A stretch of DNA of 53,813 nt, taken from the IMG/VR virus record IMGVR_UViG_3300020109_000024, positions 1 through 53,813 of that record; one strand, 5' to 3'. The position numbers were made by a program, and so were the translations under genes. The notes under the pieces were generated by a model, which was not told the DNA's origin, made no database searches, and saw nothing but the letters and a program-made list of their open reading frames with translations. This document shows, piece after piece, positions 27,001 through 36,551 of this stretch (its first letter is position 1; each line of letters starts with the position of its first letter). The DNA is from a virus. Lineage: Duplodnaviria > Caudoviricetes.

Positions 27001-30000
27001 TGGCGGTCACCTCGACCAACCTCGCGACCTACGAGGTCGCCATCGCCGAGGGCAACAATCCGGCCCAGGCCGCCTACGTCGGCGGTCGGGTCGTCTCCGG
27101 CACGACGGCAGCCTTTGCTGGGCTGATGCCGGGGCGCCAGTACAGCTTCAAGGTCCGCTCCAACCCGCTCAACGGCTTCGCCGACAGCGGCTGGTCCGCG
27201 GTGCTCGTCGTCACGGCGGCCCTGAACACGACCCCGCCCAACGCGCCGGCCCTGTTCACGGCGGACCCCTCGTTCGAGGCGGCCAACCTCGCCTGGGCCA
27301 ACCCCAGCAACAAGGATCTGCTCGGGATCGAGATCTGGGCCGGCATCACCAACGTGCTCGCCAACGCGACGCTGCTGAAGACCGTGCCCGCGCCGGCCTC
27401 CTTCTACCGCGACGTGCTCGGCACCACCGCCACCAAGTTCTACTGGATCCGGGCCGTCAACACGTCGGACTTCAAGTCGGGCTTCGTCGGGCCGCAGTCG
27501 GTGACCTCGGTGGCGCTGGTCGGTGCGCAGCTTGCGGCTGGCGTCATCGACGCGACCAAGCTCGCCAGCTCTATCGCGGCCAATACCGTCGTCACGACCC
27601 TGCCGACCGCGAAAACCACAGACTATGTCACCTTCGGGGGCGAACAGTACCGCTGGGATACGGCGACCAACAAGTACACCAAGGCCGTTGCTTCCACCGA
27701 TATCTCGGGCAAGATCATCGCGGCCCAGATCGACACGGTCAACAAGGAGGCCATCGCGACCGCCCTGGCGCAGTCGGCCATCCAGACGTCGCAGCTCTCG
27801 GGCAACCTCGATGCCACCCGGATCTCCGGGGCGCTGACTTCGGACCAGATCGCCAGCCTCAACGCCGCGAAGGTCGCGGGCACGCTGACGGCGGCCAACA
27901 TCGACTTCGCACGGCTCATGGGAACCATCGCTGGAACCCAGATTGCTGCGGGCTCCATCGTCGGGTCGAAGCTCGCCGTCGTCTCGACGAACATGGCATT
28001 CAACCCGGATGCGTCGCAGGGTCGGCGGGGATGGACCATCGGCGGTTCTATGCCCGCCGGGGTTGATGCCGGGGTTAGTGTGTCTTGGGCGCCGGATGGC
28101 TTCAAAGCTATCTTCACGTCGAGCACCGCAACAGCGTCTGCGATCGGTTCTTCTTACATTGATCTGTATACCCAAAACGTATCCGCAGATGGCGTATTCA
28201 GCAACTACACCGTAGCTGCTAATGTAACTTACGAGTTTTCGGCTTGCATCTCACCGCACCGTTGCGCCGGGCGCATTATTGTCCAGTGGCTCAATGCCTC
28301 TGGTGGTCACATTTCTTTTTCTGACAACGCTTCTCGCGTGGTCAACCAGCAGGTTAGTCAGGGGGCCTATGCTGCATTCCCTAAGTCTGCGATGATTGCT
28401 GTTGCACCTACTGGTGCAGTCAGTGCGCGCGTATTCTTCCGCATGGACAGTGTAGTAGGCGACAACCCCTACATGTTCGTGTCGGCCTTCATGATGGCCG
28501 CCACGCGCACCGGGGCCACCGAGACCAGCCCCTACGTGGCGCCGGGCATCACCACCATCGACGGCTCGGGTATCGTCTCGAACTCGATCACGACGCGGGT
28601 GATCGCGGCTGGCGCCATCACGGCCGATCAGATCGGTGCCAACGCGGTCACGGCCACCAAGATCTTGGCGGGTTCGGTTCAGACCGGGCACATGGTCGCC
28701 GGCACCATCGACGCCAATCGTCTCGTGGCGCAGTCGATCACAGCCGGTTTGCTCGCCGCCAACTCGGTGACGGCCGAGAAGGTTTTGGCCGGGTCCATCA
28801 CGGCGAGCAAGCTGACCCTGGCCGACACGACCAACGCGCTGCTGAACGGCCACTTTCTTAATCAATCGAGCGAGGGCTGGGCTCTCTACGGCGATACGGG
28901 TATCGATGTAGCTAGCGCAGATGATCAGGGAGGGCAGTGGCGTCTCACCGGCACCACTGAAATGTATTTCGCGCGTAGTGCGCAGTGGATACAGGTCACC
29001 CCTGGTGAGATTTTGTATCTCTCCACGATGGTCTACAGCAACCGTAACGCAGGCAGTGCGGGTATTTATCTGGAATTCTACAATCAAGCGGACGGGGGTG
29101 GCTTTGGCGCCTTTACCGCGACTCGCAGTGAGAAAGGGAGCTGGGTCAAGGGCGAGGGGCAGGTTACGGTCCCTGTCGGCCGGCAGAAGGTAAGGGTCGT
29201 TCTCTACGCCGACGCGCCGGGGACCGGCAGGGTCTTCTTTGGAAAGGTCCAAGTCCGCCGCGCCAACGGGGCCGAACTCATTGTGGACGGCGCGATCACG
29301 ACCAATAAGCTGGTCGCCAACGCGGTAACTTCCGACAAGATCACGGCGAACGCCATCACCACGGCCCACATCTCGGCCGGGGCGATCAAGGCCGACCAGC
29401 TTGATGTGGGGGCTGTAACCGCCGCCAAACTTGGTGTCGGTCTCAACACGGGCAACCTGATCTGGAACAGCGAGGGTACAGCAGACGGCCTGAACGGTGG
29501 TGCTGCTGGTACTCAGCCAAATCCCATCTGCGATATGGTAGTTGACTGGAAAGTCAACGGCTCAATCCGGTCAATTCGCCTTCACCACACCAACCCCACC
29601 AACGGGGCCTACAACACCACGGATATTCAAAATCCGGCGGCCGGGGGCGGCTACACTTGGGAAATCCCGGTCCAGGGTGGTAAGCGTTACGAGTTTTCCT
29701 GCTACGTCTCCGTGCATGGTCCTTGTCGGGCGTATATCCAGGCACACTTCAACGACGGCAACGGGTTCTTCCCCGGCAACACCAGCAACATCATGAACAC
29801 CAACGGGAGGCAGGGTGCCCCCGGTGATGATTGGCGTTGCAAGATTATGGTCGATGCGCCTGGCACCGCGCAGAAAGTCTTGCTCCGTCTCGTGGTGGAG
29901 TATCAGGGCACTTCGGCATGCTGGGGCTTCTTCTCCGGGTTCTATCTCGGTATTGCTGGGGCGAACACGACAGCCTTTTCGGAATGGACGCTTCAGAGCC

Positions 30001-31418
30001 GTACTGTTATCAGCGGTGGACAGATCTCCACAAATTCGCTGAACGCAAACCGGATCGTTGCACGCACGATTACGGCGGATCGACTTGCACTACGGTCCAT
30101 TCTTGCCGAGAACTTGGTTGCTAACACTATTACTGGCGAGGAGATTGCGGTTGGGGGCGTTCACGCCAACCGTATCCAGTCGAACACGATCACAGCTACA
30201 CAGATTGCTGCCAACTCGATCTCGGCCAGCCGCCTCAATATCGAGCTGCGCGGCATCATGCCGGTCAACATCTACTTCGAGATGGAGCGCGACGGGAATG
30301 GTAACCCGACCGGTTGGCTGAAGTGGACGGCCGGTCAGATCGAATACATCGACCACAATGGGAACCGCGCCTTCTCGCAGATCCCCGCTGGCCGGATGCA
30401 GCGCGGGTCGGACGGGTGGGTGACGGTGTGGTTCAACATCGCCGCACCGGGTCAGCTACAGGCCAATTCGGGGAATAACATTGCGGGTATCCGAGCCGAT
30501 CCTAACTGTATTCTGGTGGCGACTTCGGCCGACCTCACAGGTGTCATCGTCAACTGGGGCGGCACGGTCATCGACGGTGACAAGATCGTCGCCAACTCGA
30601 TCCAGGCGCGGAACATCGCCGCGAACCAGATCCAGACGACCCACATGGCGGCCAACTCGATCAACGGCGACCGGATCGCCGCTGGTACGATCTCGGCCGA
30701 CAAGATCACGACCGGCACCCTTACGGTAAACGCCGTGTTCTCGCTTGGCTCGAATAGCCAAACTGACCTGTACGCTCACCCTAATGGTGGCATCTTCCGT
30801 GTCCGTAACCGGCAGCTGAACCAGTGGCGCGCGGCGTTCGGCTACGTCGGCGACTGGACCGGGGACGGTAATGACTTTGGATTGCTGCTCTGGGGTGCGG
30901 ACGGGGTCAACCGCCTGCGGTTCTCGAACGCCGTCAACTTCATCGACGGCGTGATCATTTCAGATGCGACGATCCAGAACGCCAAGATCGCGAACCTGAC
31001 CATCGGCAACGAGAAGGTTCAGTCCGAGGCTATCACGCGGGGCGCATTCGCCACGACAGGGGCGGGCGGGGCCGACACATCGGTGGGCCTGACCATCCGT
31101 AACCCCGGAACCCGCGTCGTCATCTGGGTGGCCCGCACAGGCGCGGCCGGTCAGCGCTACCTCACGGGTGCGGTGACGGGGCAGCTTCAGATCTACTGGG
31201 CGCGGCCGGGTCAAGGTTGGGAGCTTATCCGTGCGATCCCGAACGCTTTTATGTACGAATACGTCAACGGGCAGGGTAACTATCTTCAGCACTTGCCGAC
31301 GTCAGACATGTGTCAGGTGGGCACACTTGAAGGCGGCTACTACCAGTTCCGTGTTCTTGACACCAGCGCCGCGGGTGCTTCGTCTGTTTCCATCTGCGCT
31401 GTAGAGTTCTCCAAATGA
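24024..31418 (+). CDS. Tail tip/host-specificity protein J-like with FN3 domains, Ile-repeat spacers and carbohydrate-binding-like modules
   Basis: DLLGEGEI, PSNYDP..RTYSGVWDGTFK, NNPAW, GCTSRGQAHR gpJ motifs; 2464 aa. Confidence 0.93.
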   Translation: MTFDDDGPLQGAGALPRVQGAGAGGGGGKGGGGSASSAPDTLFSTATVRLVDLLGEGEIVGVRGGLKGVYLNDVPVQNEDDSYNFKGLTAEFRVGTPDQPYMAGYPDVQTPRNVGIKVNQATPVTVSITDTDVDRLRVTVQVPSLILAKSDGSVRANSVSYRVQARYSGGPWVNSLGDQTITGKTTSGYFRSHEIALPINPSGASAPWQVQVIRLSPDTDDFNNSQAKFTNQSDLVFYSTTSIVDARFSYPHSAMVGLTAQAASFGSSVPGRTYLVDGVLMPIPSNYDPVARTYSGVWDGTFKEGFSNNPAWALNLILRNDRFGLGEFIDTAAIDKWSLYEIGRYCDVPVSDGKGGQEPRYVFNGAISTQQEAFELLQLIAQVFRGTVYWSSGTVTAAQDRPSDPVLLVTEANAIEGENGEVFAYASSGRRARHTVALVAWNDPDNLYKQTIEVVEDSDGVARYGYNPTRIDLLGCTSRGQAHRTGLWTLFTELHQTQVLTYRAGLDHAVIRPGDIVAVQDPQIANLDLSGRLMGGSTASVLVLDRPVTLASGATYTISVVMPDGTVQEREISTGAGTVSSVTLRSALPQVPDPAAVWLIAGPIEPQLFRVVSIREEEPHIYAVAALQHEPGKYATIDDGAAFEPSPITEFPNIVLPPTNLSVRESQYTELGQPKQAMTLSWLPGQAFNSVAYFVTVIRPSGATVTTRTASQSIDFLEAEVGVWTFVVVAIGLNGKSSLPAQTAYTLSGWAGQAATTVASLSIKGGGSTFTGRSCTVAWTNQIAASVPPYPVRNAVYVFDASTQAMVHREVLPASVTEWTYDYFLNVNEGGPRRQFRVGVTAYSAAGDEGPPSYLTVSNPAPEIIVPTLGATSEVLFVDLPKVADADFAGYLVWVSETPNINPLTAPSYDVAGNSFPYRGVPDKTYYVRAAAYDAFSKDPAQLNVSAEQSKKLTIQIFDPLAPPIPGTPTLASNVAEIAPDGAVTAKVTIQWLAVTSTNLATYEVAIAEGNNPAQAAYVGGRVVSGTTAAFAGLMPGRQYSFKVRSNPLNGFADSGWSAVLVVTAALNTTPPNAPALFTADPSFEAANLAWANPSNKDLLGIEIWAGITNVLANATLLKTVPAPASFYRDVLGTTATKFYWIRAVNTSDFKSGFVGPQSVTSVALVGAQLAAGVIDATKLASSIAANTVVTTLPTAKTTDYVTFGGEQYRWDTATNKYTKAVASTDISGKIIAAQIDTVNKEAIATALAQSAIQTSQLSGNLDATRISGALTSDQIASLNAAKVAGTLTAANIDFARLMGTIAGTQIAAGSIVGSKLAVVSTNMAFNPDASQGRRGWTIGGSMPAGVDAGVSVSWAPDGFKAIFTSSTATASAIGSSYIDLYTQNVSADGVFSNYTVAANVTYEFSACISPHRCAGRIIVQWLNASGGHISFSDNASRVVNQQVSQGAYAAFPKSAMIAVAPTGAVSARVFFRMDSVVGDNPYMFVSAFMMAATRTGATETSPYVAPGITTIDGSGIVSNSITTRVIAAGAITADQIGANAVTATKILAGSVQTGHMVAGTIDANRLVAQSITAGLLAANSVTAEKVLAGSITASKLTLADTTNALLNGHFLNQSSEGWALYGDTGIDVASADDQGGQWRLTGTTEMYFARSAQWIQVTPGEILYLSTMVYSNRNAGSAGIYLEFYNQADGGGFGAFTATRSEKGSWVKGEGQVTVPVGRQKVRVVLYADAPGTGRVFFGKVQVRRANGAELIVDGAITTNKLVANAVTSDKITANAITTAHISAGAIKADQLDVGAVTAAKLGVGLNTGNLIWNSEGTADGLNGGAAGTQPNPICDMVVDWKVNGSIRSIRLHHTNPTNGAYNTTDIQNPAAGGGYTWEIPVQGGKRYEFSCYVSVHGPCRAYIQAHFNDGNGFFPGNTSNIMNTNGRQGAPGDDWRCKIMVDAPGTAQKVLLRLVVEYQGTSACWGFFSGFYLGIAGANTTAFSEWTLQSRTVISGGQISTNSLNANRIVARTITADRLALRSILAENLVANTITGEEIAVGGVHANRIQSNTITATQIAANSISASRLNIELRGIMPVNIYFEMERDGNGNPTGWLKWTAGQIEYIDHNGNRAFSQIPAGRMQRGSDGWVTVWFNIAAPGQLQANSGNNIAGIRADPNCILVATSADLTGVIVNWGGTVIDGDKIVANSIQARNIAANQIQTTHMAANSINGDRIAAGTISADKITTGTLTVNAVFSLGSNSQTDLYAHPNGGIFRVRNRQLNQWRAAFGYVGDWTGDGNDFGLLLWGADGVNRLRFSNAVNFIDGVIISDATIQNAKIANLTIGNEKVQSEAITRGAFATTGAGGADTSVGLTIRNPGTRVVIWVARTGAAGQRYLTGAVTGQLQIYWARPGQGWELIRAIPNAFMYEYVNGQGNYLQHLPTSDMCQVGTLEGGYYQFRVLDTSAAGASSVSICAVEFSK

Positions 31419-31885
31419 ACCAACTGGAAATCCCCTCCCCAATCACGGACTTGGGCAACCAGACAGGCCTTGTCCGGTTCGTGGATTACGACCCGAGCGG
31501 GCGGATCATCGCTGACGGGGGTATGTCGGAGCAGGATGTCCCCGCCGCGCAGCAGTTCCGGTTGCAGCCGTTCCTTCTTGGAGACGGCAAGCCCGAGACC
31601 CACTACGTCGAGTTCGTGGGCGATGCCCGCGCTCCGGTCCTGCGCGTCCGGCCCGCGTTCACGGAGGGCTTCGACAAGACCGAGGTCGCGCTGCGCGAGG
31701 CCGCCACCCTGGCGGATCTGCCGGCGGCCACGGTCTCGTTCGAGGGGCCGATGAAGGGTACGCACCGGCACCCCGGCGGCGACTTGGTGGTCGGCTGGAC
31801 CCTCCCCGGCACCTACACCGTGCGGATCGAGGCGTTCCCCTATCTGCCGGCCGAGTTCACGCTGACCGTCGGGGATGCCACGTGA
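31415..31885 (+). CDS. Hypothetical tail-associated protein
   Basis: ATGA overlap with J; PGTYTVRIEAFPY. Confidence 0.7.
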   Translation: MNQLEIPSPITDLGNQTGLVRFVDYDPSGRIIADGGMSEQDVPAAQQFRLQPFLLGDGKPETHYVEFVGDARAPVLRVRPAFTEGFDKTEVALREAATLADLPAATVSFEGPMKGTHRHPGGDLVVGWTLPGTYTVRIEAFPYLPAEFTLTVGDAT

Positions 31886-32289
31886 TCCTGTTCGGCCCCG
31901 AATTCGATGAGTTGCGCGAACGCGCCAAGGCCGCGGCCATGCTCCACTTCGTCGAGCAGGCCAGCCAGGACGGCGTCCCGCCCACGCTGCGCGCCATGTA
32001 CGTGCGCAAGGCCGAACAGGCGCAGCTCGTGCTTGACGGCTGCTCCTCGTCCCTGATCGAGGGCGAGGCCGCGCTGCGCGGGATCACCGCGATTCAGATG
32101 GCTCAGGTCGTGATCTCGATGGCCGCTGCCGGCGGCGACGAGATCGAGCTGAAGCGGATGGAGACCAACGTCGCGATCGAGACGGCCGCGACGGAGACCG
32201 AAATCGTCGAGGCCCTGCGGACCCGCGGCATCACGATGCAGATCGACCTTTCCCAGATCGGCGCTGCCAGCGCCGACAGCGGCGCGTAG
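31882..32289 (+). CDS. Hypothetical tail fibre assembly-like protein
   Basis: Y.RKAEQA...LIEGEA..RGIT...IE..R pattern; coupled to the previous gene. Confidence 0.65.
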   Translation: MILFGPEFDELRERAKAAAMLHFVEQASQDGVPPTLRAMYVRKAEQAQLVLDGCSSSLIEGEAALRGITAIQMAQVVISMAAAGGDEIELKRMETNVAIETAATETEIVEALRTRGITMQIDLSQIGAASADSGA

Positions 32290-32400
32290 CCTCTCACCGG
32301 GCGCGCACAACCGGCTTTGCCTCTCACGAGGGGCCGGTTCGCTGAACACAACCCCGACGCCGGCCGGGTGAAGCCGCGCATTCCCACCGGAGCACCACCG

Positions 32401-32634
32401 ATGTCCGACACCCGCATTTCCGCGGCCGATCTTCTGCGCCTTGCCGCCATCGCCTCCGTCTCGCCGGAGGGCACCGCCGACGAGGTCGTCGCGATCCTGC
32501 AGCGCACCGGGCCTGCCGAAGGCGAGCCCGCTCCGGCCATCTCGGCTGACGCGATCACCACCGCCTCGATCACCGCCGGACAGATCCGGGTGATCGACGA
32601 CGCCGATTCCGACAAGCTCGCCAAGCCGGAGTGA
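32401..32634 (+). CDS. Hypothetical protein
   Basis: GGAG RBS before ATG 32401. Confidence 0.55.
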   Translation: MSDTRISAADLLRLAAIASVSPEGTADEVVAILQRTGPAEGEPAPAISADAITTASITAGQIRVIDDADSDKLAKPE

Positions 32635-32640
32635 CCTGCC

Positions 32641-33882
32641 ATGAGCCTCCCCGCACCCGCCAAGCGGCTCCTCGACTTCATCGGCTCGAAGGAGGCCCCC
32701 CGCGGCTACGACACCGTGTTCGGCAACCGCATGGATCGGATGCCGAAGCCCCTCACCACCATGACGGTCGATGAGACCATCGCGCAGGGCAAGTGGCGCA
32801 CCGACACCTTCGGCTCCAGCGCCGCCGGCCGCTACCAGTTCATGCGGGCCACCCTGGCGAGCCTGAAGCAGACCGAGCGCCTGACCGGCCGCGAGCGGAT
32901 GACGGCCGACCTGCAGGACCGGCTCGGCTATGCCCTGCTGCTGCGCCGAGGCTACGCCAAGTTCATGGCCGGGCAACTGTCGGTCGCCGGCTTCGGCCTC
33001 GCCCTTGCGCAGGAGTGGGCCTCGTTCCCGGTCCTGGCGGCGACGAAGGGCGCGCACCGGCAGGTTCAGCGTGGGCAGACCTATTACCTCGGCGACGGCC
33101 TCAACAAGGTGCTGGCGACCGCGGGCGAGGTTGAGACCGTGCTGAACCAGATGCGGGCCATGCCGGCGGTGACTGTAGCTGATGCGCCGATGGTGACGCC
33201 CGCTCCGAAGCCGAGCATCCCGCCCGCGCTTCCCCAGGCGCAGGATCTCGTGGTGCCCGACGAGAGCAAGCTGTCGCGCTGGCTCCCCTGGCTGTTCAAG
33301 AAGAAGCCCACCGTCGCGGCAGCGGTCTCCCGCCCCGGCCTCAAGCCCGGCGGCAGCGAAGCGCTCTGGGACGTGCAGAAGGCGCTCCGCGACCGCGCCT
33401 ACTACACCAAGGGCTTCCTCGACGGCCTGGACGGGCCACTGACGCAGGAAGCCACCGCCCAGGCCCGTAAGGACAACGGCCTCGGTGACGGCGGAATCGA
33501 CAGCGCGTTCATGGCGGCGCTGCCGGCGATGCCTCATCGGCCGGTGCCCGCGGACCGCGCCAAGGTCTCGCTCAGCAAGGCCGCGCAGCACGCACCCGAA
33601 CTGTTCGGCCCGGCGAAGTGGCTGGCCGGGCTTGGGCTCGGCACGCTCGGCCTGGGCGGCGCGGACGGGGCCGGCCTGCTCGACAACGTGCAGGGCACCT
33701 TCGTGCGGATCAACGACACCGCCGACAAGGTGCAGACCGGCCTCGGCTACGTGACGTCGATCATCGCCTTCCTCGTCGAGCACAAGACGCTCGTGTTCGT
33801 CATCCTCGGCCTGTTCCTGGTCATGAAAGCGGCCGGCTACGCACTCGATGCCTGGATCAAGGTGCGGACGGCCTTCTTCTGA
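32641..33882 (+). CDS. Endolysin (lambda-R/lysozyme-like) with peptidoglycan-binding region and C-terminal TM segments
   Basis: LLDFIGSKE...SSAAGRYQFM...AQEWASFP; VQKAL...DGLDGPLT; hydrophobic C-terminus. Confidence 0.88.
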   Translation: MSLPAPAKRLLDFIGSKEAPRGYDTVFGNRMDRMPKPLTTMTVDETIAQGKWRTDTFGSSAAGRYQFMRATLASLKQTERLTGRERMTADLQDRLGYALLLRRGYAKFMAGQLSVAGFGLALAQEWASFPVLAATKGAHRQVQRGQTYYLGDGLNKVLATAGEVETVLNQMRAMPAVTVADAPMVTPAPKPSIPPALPQAQDLVVPDESKLSRWLPWLFKKKPTVAAAVSRPGLKPGGSEALWDVQKALRDRAYYTKGFLDGLDGPLTQEATAQARKDNGLGDGGIDSAFMAALPAMPHRPVPADRAKVSLSKAAQHAPELFGPAKWLAGLGLGTLGLGGADGAGLLDNVQGTFVRINDTADKVQTGLGYVTSIIAFLVEHKTLVFVILGLFLVMKAAGYALDAWIKVRTAFF

Positions 33883-33959
33883 GCCCGTCGGCCGGCCTCC
33901 CGCAGTCCGGCCGTCCCTACCTCTGTTTGCGGGTAAGAGCATGCCCACCTGGAGATGTC

Positions 33960-34463
33960 ATGGGTCCGCGTCGTCGGCCGGGGAAGGACGCCATCAAGAG
34001 GCCGCGCGATGTGGCCCGCGGCGTCGGCGGAGGGCTGCAGGAAGCAGTGCAGCCGGTGCCGGAGAGCTTCGTCGAGGGCGTCGAGGCCGAACGCGCTCGG
34101 CGGCGCATGGATCCCAACTTCGGCGAGGTCTACGGCCTCGGAGAGTACGTCGAGCCGCGTAGCGACGCCGCCGTGCACATCCAGGGCCACGCCGCCCCGA
34201 TCAAGTTCCCTGCCTTCTGGCACGCATGGTTCGCGCGCCAGACGCCGGAACGGCTCGCCGAGATCGACGAGATGGTCGACGAGCGCCTGGAGCGCGAGGT
34301 GCTCCAGCGCTTCTTCCGCCGCATCAAGCACCTCACCATCGCCGCGGTGATCGCCGGGTTCGCCGGTGCGCGGTGGTTCAGCGATCAGCTCGCCTGGATC
34401 ATGGAGCGGCTGCCCGTCCTCCGCGAGATCTGGCACCTCATCACCGGAGCGGTCCAGAAATGA
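33960..34463 (+). CDS. Membrane protein, holin candidate
   Basis: GGAG RBS; one hydrophobic segment near the C-terminus; follows the endolysin. Confidence 0.55.
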   Translation: MGPRRRPGKDAIKRPRDVARGVGGGLQEAVQPVPESFVEGVEAERARRRMDPNFGEVYGLGEYVEPRSDAAVHIQGHAAPIKFPAFWHAWFARQTPERLAEIDEMVDERLEREVLQRFFRRIKHLTIAAVIAGFAGARWFSDQLAWIMERLPVLREIWHLITGAVQK

Positions 34464-34957
34464 GTTCGCGCATCAATTGCATGCTCAACCGATGCTGGAT
34501 CTCAGCCGGCGGCGCCTGCCTCGTGCTCTTTGCCCTCTACATCGGCATGGTGGCCGGGGCCCGGCGCTGGCCCTACGAGGTGCTGAACACCACCGTCATC
34601 ACCCCGAACACGCCGCCGGGTGCTAACTTCTATATGGCCCGTACCATCGACTATCAGGACGAGTGCGAGCTGAACTACGAACGCCTGCTCATCTCCGACG
34701 TGCCAGGACCGAAGGGCGCGTTCCGCCGGGACACGCTGGAATCCATCTATTTCCGCACGCCGCCGTGGGAGCTCGATGGCAAGCCCTGGTACATCAAGGA
34801 GCACATCCCCGACGACTTCCCATGCGGCCCGGCGAAGATCGTCGACCGTCCGTCGGCGGCCTGCAACTGGTTTCAGCGGCTGTTCTGGCGCCAGCGCCGG
34901 GACGACGCGATCACGCGGTTCATGGTCGACTGCTCGGGCTCGACACCGCTGCCGTAG
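34460..34957 (+). CDS. N-terminally anchored periplasmic protein of the lysis cassette
   Basis: ATGA overlap; N-terminal TM; several Cys. Confidence 0.65.
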   Translation: MSSRINCMLNRCWISAGGACLVLFALYIGMVAGARRWPYEVLNTTVITPNTPPGANFYMARTIDYQDECELNYERLLISDVPGPKGAFRRDTLESIYFRTPPWELDGKPWYIKEHIPDDFPCGPAKIVDRPSAACNWFQRLFWRQRRDDAITRFMVDCSGSTPLP

Positions 34958-35121
34958 CGGCCGGCCCGGCGATCGAGCGCACACGGCCCTACATCGGGGA
35001 TTGGTGGCGGACTGGGGCGTTGCCGTTCGGCGGGGCAGCGCCGGGATGATGCGGCATCCGATTGAACCGGGCCGAGAGGCGCAGGTTGTTGCTTGAGGGA
35101 GGCCCCTCACGATGTCAGCGC

Positions 35122-35298
35122 ATGCTCCAGAAACCCTTAAGCCCTGACGTCGAGCGACTGAAAGCCACCATTGCGGAAACCCGGCATCTTGCGGCTTCGA
35201 CCTACCAACAGGTGGCCCGGAGTCGGCAACTGATCCGAGAGGCATACGCGCTCCTCGCTTCGACGGATCATGCGACGAGCAAGGAGCGATCTAGTTAG
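35122..35298 (+). CDS. Small hypothetical protein
   Basis: Short helical ORF; start uncertain. Confidence 0.35.
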   Translation: MLQKPLSPDVERLKATIAETRHLAASTYQQVARSRQLIREAYALLASTDHATSKERSS

Positions 35299-35351
35299 TG
35301 CTCGCGCTTCGCGAACCGCCGAGCGACCGTCCGTATCTCCGCTCATCACCC

Positions 35352-35384
35352 AGCCCCGCCCGGCCCAGCCGCGGCGGGGCTTTT
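35352..35384 (+). terminator. Rho-independent terminator ending the late operon
   Basis: AGCCCCGCC...GGCGGGGCT followed by TTT. Confidence 0.75.
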
Positions 35385-35418
35385 CGTGCGCCTTCCACAA
35401 GGCAAGCCGGTGGTATCA

Positions 35419-35466
35419 TTGACGAGTGAACCTGTATGGGTTAACTAACGAACCATATCAGGTTCA
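35419..35466 (+). promoter_or_regulatory. Promoter with two palindromic operators for the XRE-IrrE operon
   Basis: TTGACG at 35419; TGAACC-N6-GGTTAA (35427-35444) and CGAACC-N6-GGTTCA (35449-35466). Confidence 0.7.
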
Positions 35467-35489
35467 AGCTCGGAGACGAGGATGACGCC

Positions 35490-35852
35490 ATGCTCACGCC
35501 GTTTGGAAAATCACTGAGGAAGCTGAGGCTCGACCGCGGGTTGCTCCTCAAAGATATGGCCGACTTGCTCGACGTTTCCCCGTCGTTCCTGTCGGCTGTG
35601 GAGGCCGGACGCAAGGCTATACCCGCTCGAATTATCGACGAAATCGGGCATGGCTACAGCCTTAACTCCGCGGAAATAGACGATCTGCGACGTGCAGCTC
35701 TCGCATCTACCAAGGAAATGACTATTCGCTTCAACGGAAGCTCGACAGACGCTGATAGGGAAGCAGCTGCGCTTCTTGCGCGCACCTTCGAAAACGGTGT
35801 GTCTGATGACTTCCTTGCAGGTCTGAAAGACCTTCTTGATAGGAAACGATGA
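35490..35852 (+). CDS. XRE-family HTH regulator
   Basis: FGKSLRKLR...LKDMADLLDVSPSFLSAVEAGRK. Confidence 0.92.
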   Translation: MLTPFGKSLRKLRLDRGLLLKDMADLLDVSPSFLSAVEAGRKAIPARIIDEIGHGYSLNSAEIDDLRRAALASTKEMTIRFNGSSTDADREAAALLARTFENGVSDDFLAGLKDLLDRKR

Positions 35853-36397
35853 TGAGTGACGTTCGACTAGAGGCGGCTCCGCGTTCCAAAGCTGAGATCG
35901 CCGCAATCGGTTGGAAAATCCGTGAACAGTTCCACCTGACGGAGCCATTCCTGCCTGTGGCCGCCCTAGTCGAGGTAATTCTGCCTCGCGCTCTCGGAGA
36001 CCGGTTCATTTTCACAGTCAAGGATAAGTACGAGATGGGTAATCGGCACGGATGCGTCGATCCCAGTACCGGTGAATTGAGTCTTCGAGAGGATGTTTAT
36101 GACGGCTTATGTCGTGGCGTAGGGCGCGATCGTTTCACAGCATGCCATGAGTTGGGGCATTGGATGCTGCACCGAGGATCGACGCTCAACCGTGTCGGCC
36201 GCGAGAAGCACATCCCAGCCTACCGAGATCCGGAATGGCAGGCCAATGAGTTTTCAGCCTCGATCTTGATGCCGCGGCCGCTCATTTCGAGGTACAGAAG
36301 TGCTCGCGAGATAGCGCAGGACTTCGGAGTTTCTTTGGACGCTGCTGATTACCGAGTGCGAAAGCTCGGTTTGCACCAGCAGGGCCAAGGCAGCTGA
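35849..36397 (+). CDS. ImmA/IrrE family Zn metallopeptidase
   Basis: RDRFTACHELGH (HExxH) and EWQANEFSASILMP; ATGA overlap with XRE. Confidence 0.92.
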   Translation: MMSDVRLEAAPRSKAEIAAIGWKIREQFHLTEPFLPVAALVEVILPRALGDRFIFTVKDKYEMGNRHGCVDPSTGELSLREDVYDGLCRGVGRDRFTACHELGHWMLHRGSTLNRVGREKHIPAYRDPEWQANEFSASILMPRPLISRYRSAREIAQDFGVSLDAADYRVRKLGLHQQGQGS

Positions 36398-36551
36398 GGC
36401 CAATCGGTTTAGCGATCAGCCTCAGCCGTTCTGCGCTGGCACGCGCGAGCGGAGGTCCACCCGCGAAAGCCGTCTCTGGTGTAAGCAACCGGGATGTAGC
36501 CTCCAGCGGCAACGGACACAAGACCCAAGTGCCGGATTGGAGGTGTGTCAT

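Noticed and set aside
24024-31418. Diversity-generating retroelement or invertible tail cassette
   Set aside because: No reverse transcriptase, no TR/VR pair with A-specific mismatches, and no invertase or crossover repeats seen
6064-33948. Many long antisense or alternate-frame ORFs (e.g. 6064-7980, 25521-28175, 31840-33948)
   Set aside because: Shadow ORFs expected from high-GC codon bias opposite well-supported structural genes
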